64,000 nucleotides of DNA from contig OX597823.1 of the NCBI GenBank assembly GCA_951406725.2, positions 95,790,001-95,854,000 of the forward strand, given 5' to 3'. Source of the DNA: Octopus vulgaris (taxonomy: Eukaryota). Positions 51,214-63,770 of the stretch are shown piece after piece (the first letter of the stretch is position 1; each line of letters starts with the position of its first letter). Position numbers and translations under genes: made by a program. Below the pieces are notes generated by a model, which was not told the DNA's origin, did no database searches, and worked only from the letters and a program-made list of their open reading frames with translations.

Positions 51214-52072
51214 TAGGCAGTGAGGTGGCAGAACCATTAACATTCTCAGTTCAAATTCTGCCAAGGTTAACATTGCCTTTCTTCTTTTGGGGGTTGATAA
51301 ATAAATACCAGCTGAACAATGGGGTCAATGTAATCGACTTCTGCCCTCCCCCAAAGTTGCTGGCATTGTGCTAAAATATGAAATCAATGTAGCCACAGGT
51401 CAATGATGACTGAGCCAACTTGCCGATCCTTGGGTATTTCTGTTGGAGTGGCCAGGAACATGCAACAGGTCTGCTGTTGTTGTGGGCTGCCCTTCCTTGT
51501 TTACTTGCAGATCCTATTATACACTCTTGATATCCTCTGATGACTCATGTGGAGTGGAAGCACAAGTGCAGCTTGGCCTTTGCTTCCACTCCAAAGGTGT
51601 GTCTTTTCCTGCTTGGCTACTGTTTAGTTTCAGGTCAACACTGACTGAGCAAAACTATTGTGGAAGACATTCCACCTGTGGCCATCCCAACGTTTGTAGG
51701 GCACCTAAGGATGTGTGTGGGAGTGTGTATGAGTGTTTAGGTTTGGTTGTAATAAAGACAATTTTTACATTAATCTGATGGGTTGTTACACTGTCTTTTT
51801 GTGGAGTAAAATTCATTATTCTGAAACAAGAATGTTATTCGGTGACTTTGAAGCTTAAGAATAACAAATATTGTGTCGTATAGTCTCCTGGGGCTAAATT
51901 ACAGCAACATTCGTCCTAAACCAGGACTGCCATGTTATGTTGGCAAACAATCTTTACTCCAAAGTACTGTTACTGAATATCTGCTGTTGTGAAATTTAAA
52001 AATAGTAATTTTCTAACAAATATATATGTGCATGTGTGCGTGCATGCGTGTGTGTGTATTTGTTATTCTTAA

Positions 52073-52176
52073 ACAAAAATATTATTGACAAGGACTTCAA
52101 AGTTTCGGACAGTTAAGCAGTCCAGTGATGTCTTAACTGGCCAAAACTTCAAAGTCACTGTCAACAATATTCTTGT
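52073..52176. repeat. Palindromic MITE-like hairpin (~45-bp imperfect arms)
   Basis: acaaaaatattattgacaaggacttcaaagtttcggacagttaag / cttaactggccaaaacttcaaagtcactgtcaacaatattcttgt; related arm at 51826. Confidence 0.65.
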
Positions 52177-52336
52177 GGTTTGTTTCTGTATTTTGTATTT
52201 TGATTAGAATTGTATTTTCTCTGTCACTGTTTCTATGGGTTTAGTTTCGTTTGCAAATTGCTAAAAACAGCTTCAAGTATTCATTCTCGCACTGAGTGAA
52301 ATGGCAGTGTAACCTAATGAAGGACTTTTTTAAAGC

Positions 52337-52460
52337 AACCACCTGAAGAAGTGCATCTCACACCTTTGATGGATGATAGGGATTACACAATATGTTATCT
52401 GTATCATCTCACCAATGTACTACGAGTGTAAAAAAGAGTGTCAAAACAATTGTAGTGATT
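52337..52460 (+). ncRNA. Degenerate type I hammerhead motif with long stem II
   Basis: AACCAC CTGAAGA A ... tc(G>A)AAAC-AATT-GTA GTGATT. Confidence 0.55.
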
Positions 52461-54832
52461 TAAAATAAAGAATGCTGCTCAATCCGTTTTCTATTCTTTA
52501 TATATATATATATATAAACTGCTAATAGACATAGGTGTGGTAAGAAGTTTGCTTCTCAACCATATGGTTCTGTGTTCAGTCCCACTGCATGGCACTTTGG
52601 GCAAGTGTCTTCAACTATAGCCTTGGGCTGACCAAAGCCTTGTGAGTGGATTTGGTAGACGGAAACTGAAAAAAGCCTGTTGTGTATGTGTGTGTGTGTT
52701 TGTCTCCTACCCCTCCCTACTTGACAACCTCTGTTTGTGTGTTTACATCTCTGTAACTTAGTGGTTCTGCAAAAGAACAAGTACCATGCCTAAAAAAATA
52801 AATACCAAGATTGAGTCCTTCAACTAAAAATTCTTCTTTTAAATCAGTGCCCAAGCATGGCCACAATTTATGACTGAAACAAATGACAGCTATATACGAC
52901 TCATACACACACAGATGCAAGTGAATGACCAAACAAAACAAAGTAGCACTCAATACATTTGGTAGGAGTTATGTATATTTCCTACATGCTCAGGAAACTT
53001 TTAGTCATGTAGAGTCAAACTATTATTAAAAATATATTTTTATATTATCCAATATGTCTTTCTCAAGTGATCTGAAGGAAATTTGACAGCTATTTCTAGC
53101 AGGTCAAGCAACTTCAGAAAGGCTACTTGGTTGGTTCATCTGTGAACCTTTAGATTGTGGAATTGGTTCCTGTGGAGGTAACCAGGTTAGATTAATGGTT
53201 GTTATTCCTTTATACTTTCTATTGGTGATGTACACCCCAAGACAATGTTTAGGGGTTAATATAACCAATTATATTATACATTTATATATAACAGCATGCA
53301 AGGCAGCAAGCAGGCAGAACCATGCCAGGCAAAATGCCTAGAAGTATTTCAACCATTTTTACATTCTGAATCCAAATCCTGCCGAGGTTGACTTTGCCTT
53401 TCATTCTTTTGGGGGTCGATAAAATAAGTACCAGTTGCATACTGGGGTCCCCTTAAAATTGCTGGCTTTGTGCCTAACTTAGAAACCAAAGTTACCTGTA
53501 TTTCTTTTTGCCCTTTGAAAACACAAAAGTAGAGATTAAAATTGATTTCCTTATGGTTTCCAAACATGATGTCTTGTGGTTAACAACATGTATATTCTTA
53601 TTAGTACTGTGTCAGTATGTTTGTCTGTAGCAAAAGCACAGTCTACATAGCTGTAAATAGGTGCCATTTAAAAGAAGCAATTTACCACTGCGGACCATCT
53701 GCATCTTGCAGACTTTGTTCTAGACATGTTAGCTACAGGAAGACAGAGTTTGCGGCAGTGCTTGGTTGATACTATAGATTATGGAACCCACCACCACCAA
53801 GGCCCTAAAATGTAGATTATATGCTAATATGATAAAGAATTTGTGACAAGGCTTAACACACAAGACCACTGTCATCACCACCACCATTAGCATTTTTATG
53901 TCCATTTTCCAGCTTGTCATGATTAGGACAGGTCATCATAATCCAACCTAATTCTTATTTGGAGTTATTTCTCCTCCAGATGACTTGAGGATTATGTCTC
54001 AGCCATAAATCACAAAATTAATTGAAACAAAGTCATCATATCTCAACAGAAGTAGGGTAATAAAAGGGTTAATCGTATAGAGATTCCAGCTTTTGTTCTC
54101 ATCGAAGCACCAGTGCTGGTGTTTTATCATTGAAAATGCCAGAGTGTGAAAATACCAAAAGACGCTGCAAATGTTAGGATTTTTTTTAGAGAAGACATCG
54201 GAATCGTTTCCAGTGCCAAAACTTGAAGTCCATCAGATAACCTGAATCTTGTACAGTATTCCTCACTGCAGGCTAACACAAACATTTGTCAGTTATGCAA
54301 TCTTTCAACCTACTTGTCTTACACAACCAGTCTTGTGTATTGTAACTATTTATAGTTTGGTGAATTTAGAGTTAAAAGAAGCAAATATCTTGGCCATAAA
54401 CACAACAGAGCAACAAAGCCTGGCTGTACACCATTCACCTTTTGGCAGGTGGACTAATAACCTATCAAATCAAAAAGCAATAGATCTTAGTTTTTTGTAG
54501 ATTCTTTGATAAAATCTTAATTTCTTTAGAAACAAAAAGTTCTTCTTTAACGCAGGAGGGAGATTATTAGAAACTTCAAAGATTATCAGAGAATTTCAAG
54601 AAGTTGAAGCCAGTTAACAAAGAACTTTAGGTAGTGGAGTCTGCCTATTCCTGTCTGGTCTGCTAAATCTGAATATCTGTATTTATTTATCAGTTTGATA
54701 TGTAAATGTTAGGATGTCTATTAGCCTTAACAAATCCTGCTCAAAGTGATAACAATCAAACTTGGTTTATATTCATACGATGGGTTAGCAGTTACAGCAG
54801 AGCAGAGAACAGCATGCAGGCAGTTGTAACAC

Positions 54833-54834
<2 letters not shown>

Positions 54835-54899
<65 letters not shown>
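54835..54899. repeat. (CA)n microsatellite
   Basis: Direct reading. Confidence 0.97.
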
Positions 54900-54900
<1 letters not shown>

Positions 54901-55557
54901 CAACTGTCTGCCAATGTGGAGATAAAGTTCACCAACATGATGTGTTTGTCTTTCCTTTCTGGGCAACTTGACTTTCTTCTCTGCCTTGTTTATACTCAGG
55001 CACATCCACAAAACACGTAGAGGTCTTCAGCAGACACATGAACACAATCATGCAAGCACATACATATCTTTATTTATATACAATCACACCACACACACAC
55101 ACACACATCTTTTGTCTTTTACTTGTTTCAGTCAATGGACTGCGGCCATGCTGGGGCAACATCTTGAAGAAATTCTAGTCAAATGAATCAAATCAGTACT
55201 TTCTTTTTTTAAGCCTGGTGCTTATTCTGTCAGTCTCTTTTACTGAACTGCTAAGTTACAGGGATGTAAACACATCAACACCAGTTATCAAGCAGTGGGG
55301 GGAGACACACACACATACACACACACAACCATATATACACAACTTCCACTTCTAGTTTCTGTCTACCACATTCACTCACAAGGCTTTGGACAGTCCAAGG
55401 TTACAGCAGAAGAAACTTGCTTACAGTGCCACGCAGTAAGACTGAACCCAGGACCATGGGATTGGAAAATAAGTTCCTTACCACATAGCCATGCCTTTGT
55501 GTGTGCATGTGCGTATGTAATATAAGAAAAATGGAGAGTTTGAACACAGAAAAAATC

Positions 55558-55857
55558 AATTTATTTATATAATAGTCAATTTCATATTGTCTACGCCCGT
55601 TTCAGTTTCTCAAATTATTCATATTTTACAATTAAGATTGCATTATGCATATAAAAGGTAAAACCTCTTCAGGGCAGAAAATTGACAAATATTCATTCAT
55701 ATCTTAATGGATGGAAAATTGCTTACCAACTGAATATTTGTCAGTTTTTTGTCTTGAAGAAATTTTTACCTTTTAAATGCATAATGCAATTTTAATTGCA
55801 AAATATGAATGAAGGTGAGAAATTGAAACCTACGAAGATGACTATTATATAAATTGA
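55558..55857. mobile_element. Old inverted-repeat element with a hammerhead motif in each arm
   Basis: Arms ~55558-55695 and ~55731-55857; minus arm CTGAAGA GGTTT...AAACT GAAAC-GGGC-GTA GACAA; plus arm TTGTC TTGAAGA...AATT GAAAC. Confidence 0.7.
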
Positions 55858-56089
55858 CTATATGATTAAAATTCTGTTCTCCTATATTGAATGGATGAAA
55901 ACATCTATAATGACAACTGGAACCTCATATATTAACACAAACTAATGAATTCCAAGTATATTAATCAATATAGAGCCAAACCGGTGTACGCTTGGATGAA
56001 ATACATCCCTGTGAAAGAGCAGCCTCTTTCCATGCGAAACTTTATATATATATATATATACATACATACAGAGAGAGTGAGAGAGAGAG

Positions 56090-56490
56090 TGGTTGTCTAC
56101 TCCTTATGTAGAGTTTGACCACCTCCTGTACCGACACCTGAGACCCATCATGCATCTGATGTGACCTTTTTAAACCAGACAATGTTTTGAAAAGACAACC
56201 ACATAGATTGCATATCCAATTTGGATTACCAAGAGCTGCAGTTAAGTTCTGATCTTTGGGGATCTTAAAATGTCTTATGAGGCTTCTCTTAGATTTGCAG
56301 ACTTTATGGTATACACGGCATATATAGGCAGAATAGTTGGTGGAAGTTCGTTTTCCGTGGGACTGAAAGGCATGCTCTGTCACAAACTGTGCAGAACAAA
56401 AAGGTCATAGTGATTCACCTTCTTGATTGGAATATTCTTCTTTAGATCTCTTTTGAGTCTCGTATGCATTATCCTGGCCTCTTCAAACAC
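56090..56490 (-). mobile_element. RTE/BovB-like LINE 3' end with tandem C2H2-type fingers (frameshifted)
   Basis: VFEEARIMHTRLKRDLKK, FCTVCDRACLS, ICRVYHKVCKSKRSLIRH, WICNLCGCLFKTLSGLKRSHQMH. Confidence 0.6.
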
Positions 56491-57011
56491 TATATACACA
56501 CATACACATGTTTTCTTCACATATGTATATACTTATTATACACCAATGATTATATTGTTTGGAGGCAGGTGGAGCAACTGTCTTTTTGCCTTTTATTATA
56601 GCCTTGGGCATTGAGGCAGATGGAATCTGAAAGAAGCCCAGCATGTATGTGTCTATATGTGTGTGTGTGTGTAATGGGATAACCTGAGAAGTGTCAATAA
56701 CATAATAATAGGTACCCAGTCCACACTATAAAATTTACACAATGGATTTGGCAAATTTATGTATGCGTGTGTGCCAGGAGATATGGACTGCAATGAATGA
56801 TAAGATTCATCCAATACATGACAGCATGGAAAAGCAGACATGAAATGGTGATGGAGGGACAAGAGGAAGGAGGAGGAGGAGGAGGAGGAAGAGGAATTGA
56901 ATATCATTTACTTTTAATAAGCATCCATGACTTGGGTTTTGGTAGGCAGTCTACCTTGCCTACCTACATAAGCATGTCCCTATCATACATACACACATAC
57001 ATACATACATA

Positions 57012-57038
57012 CAGATAGACAGACAGACAGATATCAAG

Positions 57039-57085
<47 letters not shown>

Positions 57086-57178
57086 CAGATGGCCAGACAG
57101 ACACACAGACAGACAGACAGACAGATAGATAGATAGATAGATAGATAGATATCAAAAGATAGATAGATAGATATCAAG

Positions 57179-57272
<94 letters not shown>

Positions 57273-57328
57273 GTAGATAGATAGACAGACAGACACACAG
57301 ACAGACAGACAGATAGATAGATATCAAG

Positions 57329-57383
<55 letters not shown>

Positions 57384-57420
57384 TGGCCAGACAGACTGAT
57401 ATAGATAGACAGATAAGTAG
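57012..57420. repeat. Compound (GATA)n/(GACA)n microsatellite with recurring atatcaag and ggccagac interruptions
   Basis: Direct reading; recurring interruptions show higher-order duplication. Confidence 0.95.
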
Positions 57421-58101
57421 ATGTGTGTGGATAGATATATTTAGACACATACACATATATATGCATACATGTGTGTGTGTGTGTGTGAGTAAAAATTCCG
57501 TTTGACAAATGCAATACATGAGTAACTTTTGAAGTGTTTCCAGCTTCAAAAACAAAATAAATACGCACACACACACACACACACACCAACACACACGCAC
57601 ACACACACACGCACACACACACACGCACACACACACACTGTACATACCTAAAACCATGGCAATCTAAGGTTGTTGTTTAAGAACAACAGGGTGAGGTTAA
57701 TGTGTTTTGAAGTGAAATTGTTTCTTGTTTTTTTTGTGGAAGTTTGACAAGAATACATAGCTTAGGAGGGGCGTTTCATGAGGGGTGCAGGGTTGTTTTG
57801 GTTTTTTTCTTTTTGGAGGGGGCAGGTTAAACCAGCATGGTTGTGTGGGATTAAAACTGAATAGGAATGATGAGAGAAAAGGAAATAATCAAATATTGAA
57901 CCTGTTGAAGTGGGGGTTGTATGTGAGTCAGAAGACTACAGGTCATTGAAATGGTGAGGAATGAAGCCATCCCTATAAATACTGGCATTACAGACCACAT
58001 CCTACATTCTACAGATATTCTACAACCATTTTTTGCCTTTGGATCCTATTTTACTCTGACATTTGATGTTTAAAAAATCCTAGCATACTTTTATAATTAA
58101 A

Positions 58102-58503
58102 CTAGCAGTATCACCCGGCGTTGCTCGGGTTTGTAAGGGAAATAACTATATAAGCATTTTTAGAGAGTTACAGCCAAAAAATAGCAAAAAAATGCATTAA
58201 AAATGGAAAAAAAATTATGGTAAATTTTTTTTAAAATTCGTTGACTTATCGTAGACATTTTTAGAGAGTTACTTCCCTTATATAATAGCGAAAAAAATGC
58301 ATTAAAATGGAAAAAAAAATTATGGTAAATTTTTTTTTAAATCGTAGAGTCATCGTAGACGCGCGGTAATACCCAGAAGGGCTCGATATGAATCACGACT
58401 ATAAGATACCCGGTTTTGGTTAAACTGCACCGCAAAATGTGGGAGTAGTTAGGAATCTAAATCGTAGGAGACAGACACACAACCTTACTTTTATATATAA
58501 AGA
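58102..58503 (-). mobile_element. Non-autonomous Helitron
   Basis: Minus strand begins TCTTTATATATAA, ends hairpin CCCGAGCAACGCCGGG...CTAG; inserted between A and T with no TSD; internal tandem duplication. Confidence 0.85.
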
Positions 58504-58814
58504 TATTGTCAGAAATTGAATTTAAAATATTTGGTTGCGTTATAGAAGTATAACTAATTTATTGTGCATAAACTTTAGCACCAAAATCTTTACATGGACC
58601 CCAGCTGAGAACCTCTGGTCAACAACCTGGCAATGATTCATTTACCAACACATTCTGGCAGTTCTCAAAATGGGCAGAGCTGTTCCTGGGGTGTGGGAAG
58701 GGCTGCAGAAAAGTTGACATAAATACTAGGGACAAAGTGGTGGGGGACAATGAGCAAGACGATAAATCCCCCTTTTAATTTTCAAAAATGTTTTCAGTTG
58801 TTATTGTGTGCAGA

Positions 58815-59030
58815 AAATGTAGTGAAAAGTGCTTTACAGTGGAAACCGGACGGATATAGAAGGAGAGGTAGGCCTAAGAACTCGTGGTGGAGATCAACAC
58901 AAAAGGAACTAGAGAAAGGGGGACATTCATGACAGAGTATAAGTACAGAATCGAAAAATTACGACATGGAATTCAACTATAAGTGGCCTATACTCCGCAT
59001 TGGAGGGTTAAAGGCATAAAGAAAGAAGAT
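58815..59030 (+). mobile_element. RTE-like LINE 3' fragment
   Basis: VKSALQWKPDGYRRRGRPKNSWWRSTQKELEKGG. Confidence 0.7.
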
Positions 59031-59034
59031 CGTG

Positions 59035-59368
59035 TGAAAAAATCATTTCTTGACAGAGTCTGATAGCTTGGAGACCAGAGAACCTCTCCAGGTTGAATCA
59101 ATCCTTCTTTACATTGGAAAGTAACAACTCCAGGACTGCAGACATGCAATTAGAATGTCTCGGGAAAGGATTGCAAAACAGATTCTTTAAACCGACTCAA
59201 CCAGTGGAGACCTAAAGTTAGACCAAGAATGAAATGGTTGGATGATGTCCCTCAGTCGGTCACACTTGGAAATCTAGCAGGAAAATCAAATGACACTTGC
59301 TTCTGACAGAACGTTATTGAGGCAGTGCCTGAAGACTTCTAACCCATGGAAATGGATGGATGGATGGC
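59035..59368 (+). mobile_element. Second RTE-like LINE 3' fragment with (GGAT)n tail
   Basis: LQVESILLYIG..RHAIRMSRERIAKQIL..RPRMKWLDDV..LASDRTL; tail atggatggatggatgg. Confidence 0.6.
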
Positions 59369-60022
59369 ATCAGTGGTTCTCAACCATTTTTTGCCTGTGG
59401 ACCCTCTTTGATTCCTATCTCAATGGATGCAATGGATGCTAAACTTAACAGTCAAATCTCTCTCACATCACCCAATTAACATCTTTTAAAGAAATAAGAC
59501 ACATTGGGTAATGTACTCCCAATTATACTTGTCATAGAAATATAGAGGATGGTCAAAGTAGGCACATCTTTCATTACAGAGCTTTTGTTTAGAACTGGCC
59601 CAGATTAAACAACACATAACCACTGCTCTCTCTCTCTCCCCCTTTCTCTCACCACATGTTCTGTATACAGGTGTGTGGCTTGGTGGTTAGGATGTTGCAC
59701 TCGTGATTGCTAGATCAGGAGTTCGATTCCCAGAGGTGCACTGTGTTCTGGAGCAAAACACTTCATTTCATGCGGTTCCACTTCATTCAACTGTAAATCG
59801 GTAACCCTGTAACAAAATAACCTTCTGATCAGGGGCACAATTGACCCCTGCTCACCTAACCAGTTGGCATGGAATCATTCAAAAGCTAAAATAGTGCAAG
59901 GTGCTTTGTGACCAGCAATGTATAACAACATCTGATAGCCTAATCGATCAAGTGATATACATATATATGTCCAACCCATACCAGTATGGAAAGCAGACAT
60001 TAAACAATGATGATGATGATGA

Positions 60023-60058
<36 letters not shown>

Positions 60059-61515
60059 CAGTCAGCTATCATCCAATTTCACTCACCTTCCACATCATTA
60101 AAGTGTTTGAAAGGGTAGTGACATCAAGAAAAGCTGACTTCCAGGAGATCCACAAATTCCTAAATTCAAACCAGCATGGCTTTCGCTGTGGCAGGGACTG
60201 TCTAATACAGCTCTTACACCACATCAATGATATCCTTAAAGCCTTAGGATCAGGTTTGAACTCTGATGTCATATATCTTGACTTTAGTAAAGCGTTCAAC
60301 AGAGTCGACCACAATATCCTACCATCAAAATTGTCAAATGTTGGAATCTGTGGAAAACTTCTACACTGGATTGTGTATTTCCTGGAGAACAGAATGCAAC
60401 ATGTGATCGGTAGAATCCACTCAAGCCCAGCAAAAGTCACCAGTGGTGTCCCTCAGGGGGCTGTCTTGGACATGCTTCTCTTTATAGTCTATATAAATGA
60501 CCTTTCTAGCATCATAAAATGCAACAAAGTGAAAATACTTACTGATGACTCTAAGCTCCAGAAAATTATCAATGAAGAGGATAAAACTCAACTCCAGTCT
60601 GATCTATATGCTGTGAGTCAATGGGCAGACAAAAACAAAATGCAACTGAACGAGGGAAAATTTGAGCTGATGCATTTTGGAAGAAAGTCTATACTAAAAT
60701 AGCCATACTCTCTTCCTTCAGAGAAACCTCTCAGCATTTAATAATATCAGATACCTAAGAATAATTCTTGACAACAATTTCAGCTGGAGTGTCCACATCA
60801 ACAATAAGGTTGATATAGCTCATAGGATGAGCTCCTGGAGCTTAAGAACCTTCTGGTCCAGAGAACAAGGTGTCATCATTCCTCTTTTCTCCTCCTTTGT
60901 ACGGCCACACCTCAAATACAGCTGCCCCCTGTGGTCTCCCCATACAAAACAAAACATTTGGAAAATTGAATCTCCCCCATAGGTCATTCACTAAAAGAAT
61001 TAAGGGCATGGCTGATCTCAATTACTGAGACAGGCTTAAAGCATTGCAACTCTATCCTCTCCAGTGCCACCATGAGTGATACATCATTCGCATGATATAG
61101 AGAATATACCACCAGCATTGCCCAAATGACCTCAATATTAGCTTCAAAATTTATCCAAGGCTGGGACCATGGGCCATACGTCCCCTACCCATTTCAGGAT
61201 CACAACATGTAAATACACTGCAGCACAATTTCTTTTCCTCAACAGACCCTGCACTACTTAACATTGTCCCAAAAGAAATCAAAGAGGAAAAAGATCCCAT
61301 CACCTTTAAATGGAATCTGGACAAATTTCTTCAAGGAATACCAGATAGGCCACCCATAATTGGATACAGCTCACTCAACAACTCTCTACTGGAATGGGCT
61401 ATGATACCACAAAACTTGACTTAAAAAGGATTTAGATAATCCTATCAGGTGTTACTATTAAGTTAGATATGGTCTGGATCAATCATTGGTCGAAACATAT
61501 CTAACTTAGATAAGT
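60059..61515 (+). mobile_element. 5'-truncated CR1-clade LINE (RT pseudogene) in (TA)n
   Basis: YHPISLT..IKVFER, QHGFR.GR.CL, DVIYLDFSKAFNRVDH, SGVPQG.VL..LLF.VYINDL, TDDSKL; downstream VRPHLKY..PLWSPH with stops. Confidence 0.92.
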
Positions 61516-61694
61516 TATATATATATATATACACACATATATATACATGCGTGCATGAGTCGTCTAAGGGACCATAAGTCAGGGAGATGATGCACCTGTA
61601 TATTTGTCAGCAGAATGAGTAGATTATCCAAAATTTATTGCATTAGCTATCCAGATAAGCCACGATGGATATTTAATACTATAAATTTTGAATA

Positions 61695-61878
61695 AAATGT
61701 ATATATACAATTGCAGCGTGGAAGGTGTTTGTAAGCCATTTAAGAAACACACAAAAGCCGTTCGATTCACTTCAACATTTATGCTTAACTTGCCAAAATA
61801 TTGTCGTTGCTTTAAGACCGCGACCTGTTCACTGACAAAAATCTGTGATGCAACACGGATTTTTGTCAGTGAACAGGT
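61695..61878. repeat. Short repeat terminating in a 25-bp hairpin
   Basis: acctgttcactgacaaaaatctgtg atgcaa cacggatttttgtcagtgaacaggt (61823-61878) directly before (GT)n. Confidence 0.6.
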
Positions 61879-62336
61879 GTGTGTGAGTGTGTGTGTGTGT
61901 TTTTTTTAAATACACTTTTCTAAAGCCTAAACAATACAAGTTATAAAAAATTAATACAACAGGTCAATGGTTAGTACTATTACTTGCTATTTCAAAACTA
62001 ACCATTGACCTGTGTTAGTTCCTTTTTATAACTAGCATTTAAAAAAATATTTAACACCACACACACACACACATATATATATATATGTGTGTATATCAGA
62101 CAATGATGCATGAAAACTATGTATGTATATGAATATATATATATTTATATAAACATATTTATGCATATATATATATATATACATATATATGTATATGTGT
62201 GTGTGCATATATATATATATATGCATGTATATGTATTTGTATGTATACATACAAAATATATATCAGGAAGTATTTATGTATATATGTAGGTATATATAGA
62301 TGCAAGCATACATATGTGTGTGTGTGTGGGTAGGTG

Positions 62337-62375
<39 letters not shown>

Positions 62376-62633
62376 TCATCATCATTGCTTAACGTCCATT
62401 TTCCATGCTAGCATGTGTTGAACAGTTCAACTGGAGTCTGGAGAGCCAGCAGCTGCACCAGGCTCCAATCTGATCTGGTAATGTTTCTACAGCTGGATGC
62501 CCTTCTTAATGCCAACCACTCCGAGAGTGTAGTCGGTGTTTTTTTTTATGTGCCACTGGCACAGGGGCCAGAGGGGGCTGGCATTGGCCATGATTGGATG
62601 GTGTTTTTTATGTGCCACCGGCACGTGTGTCAT

Positions 62634-62668
<35 letters not shown>

Positions 62669-63429
62669 ATATACATACATACACACACACATATTTGTGT
62701 GTATGTGTGTGTATATAGATGTATATGCATGTATATATACATGTGTATATGTGTGTGTGTGGTCACCCAATATAAAAGACAAGTAGCAAGGGTAAGGCCA
62801 GTTCCTTCCACAAGAAAGTAAGCCAATGAAAAAGGAAGTAAACAAAATGATAAATATAAAAAAAAAACAAAAGAAAACCCAGATGGGATGGTCATGAATG
62901 AATCTGCTTTGATCTTAAATTATACTTGTTCAGGGCTGACAACAATATAAATAGAAGAAATATGTAAATAGTTAGAGGAAGGTATATCTGAAGAAAGAAG
63001 TGGTCTTCTGCAATACTGGAATATATATAAACTTGAGCTGTTACCAAAATAAACGAGGCACATGTTTAGCGGCAGACATCATATCAAGATGGGAATCGCG
63101 TGGAGCTTGATGTTGCTTGATCATTTGTTAATAGTTTGAAAGATATTTAATACCAACAGAGAACGAGGTGAGGAAAGTGTGCGTATGGGTGAGTGTATAT
63201 ACTACTACACGTACAGACATATATCTACATACATATACACACACAAACATATACACACATATACACACAGCTACATCATATCATTTTAACATCTGTTACT
63301 CTACACTGACGTAGAACATGTCAGTATATTGAATGATGGTTGTTATTTATCACATAAACACACACACGTGTGTACATATACATGCACCCGTATATATGTA
63401 GACACATACACATATATGAAACAAATCAA

Positions 63430-63770
63430 GCATGCTCCCTCTATTGGGTGTGTAAAGGCAGTGTACATGAACACCAGAGTACAAATGAGCCGAGAGAAAA
63501 ACCGGGTAGAAGAGAAATCAGGTGGATTTTGCAAAGCAAGAAGGTTGAGATGCTTTGGGTAGGTGTATGGAGACTGATTGCTGTGTAAGGAAGTGCTGAA
63601 ACCTTGAGATTAGAGGAACCTGTGGAAAAGAAAGACCAAAGAAAACTTGGAATGAAGTTGTGAAGAATAGCTTGAAAATGCCGGGTCTTCTGAAGAAGAT
63701 GAGAAAAAATCATATTGATTGACAAATATGTGGTGCCACAGATGTGACAATCCACAAGACCAGTAAATTT
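63430..63770 (+). mobile_element. RTE LINE ORF2 C-terminal fragment
   Basis: STNEPREKPGRREIRWILQ / RRLRCFG / CVRKC*NLEIRGTCGKERPKKTWNEVVKN. Confidence 0.7.

Noticed and set aside
50192-51273. Long ORFs of 329, 312 and 247 aa (poly-Y/L, poly-L/I, poly-N)
   Set aside because: Translations of the (ATT)n microsatellite
56042-56383. Host C2H2 zinc-finger gene
   Set aside because: Frameshifted, no TGEKP linkers or splice context, preceded by a LINE-like C-terminal peptide and flanked by microsatellite
57034-57657. 207-aa and 160-aa ORFs with SIYL repeats
   Set aside because: Translations of (GATA)n and (CA)n repeats
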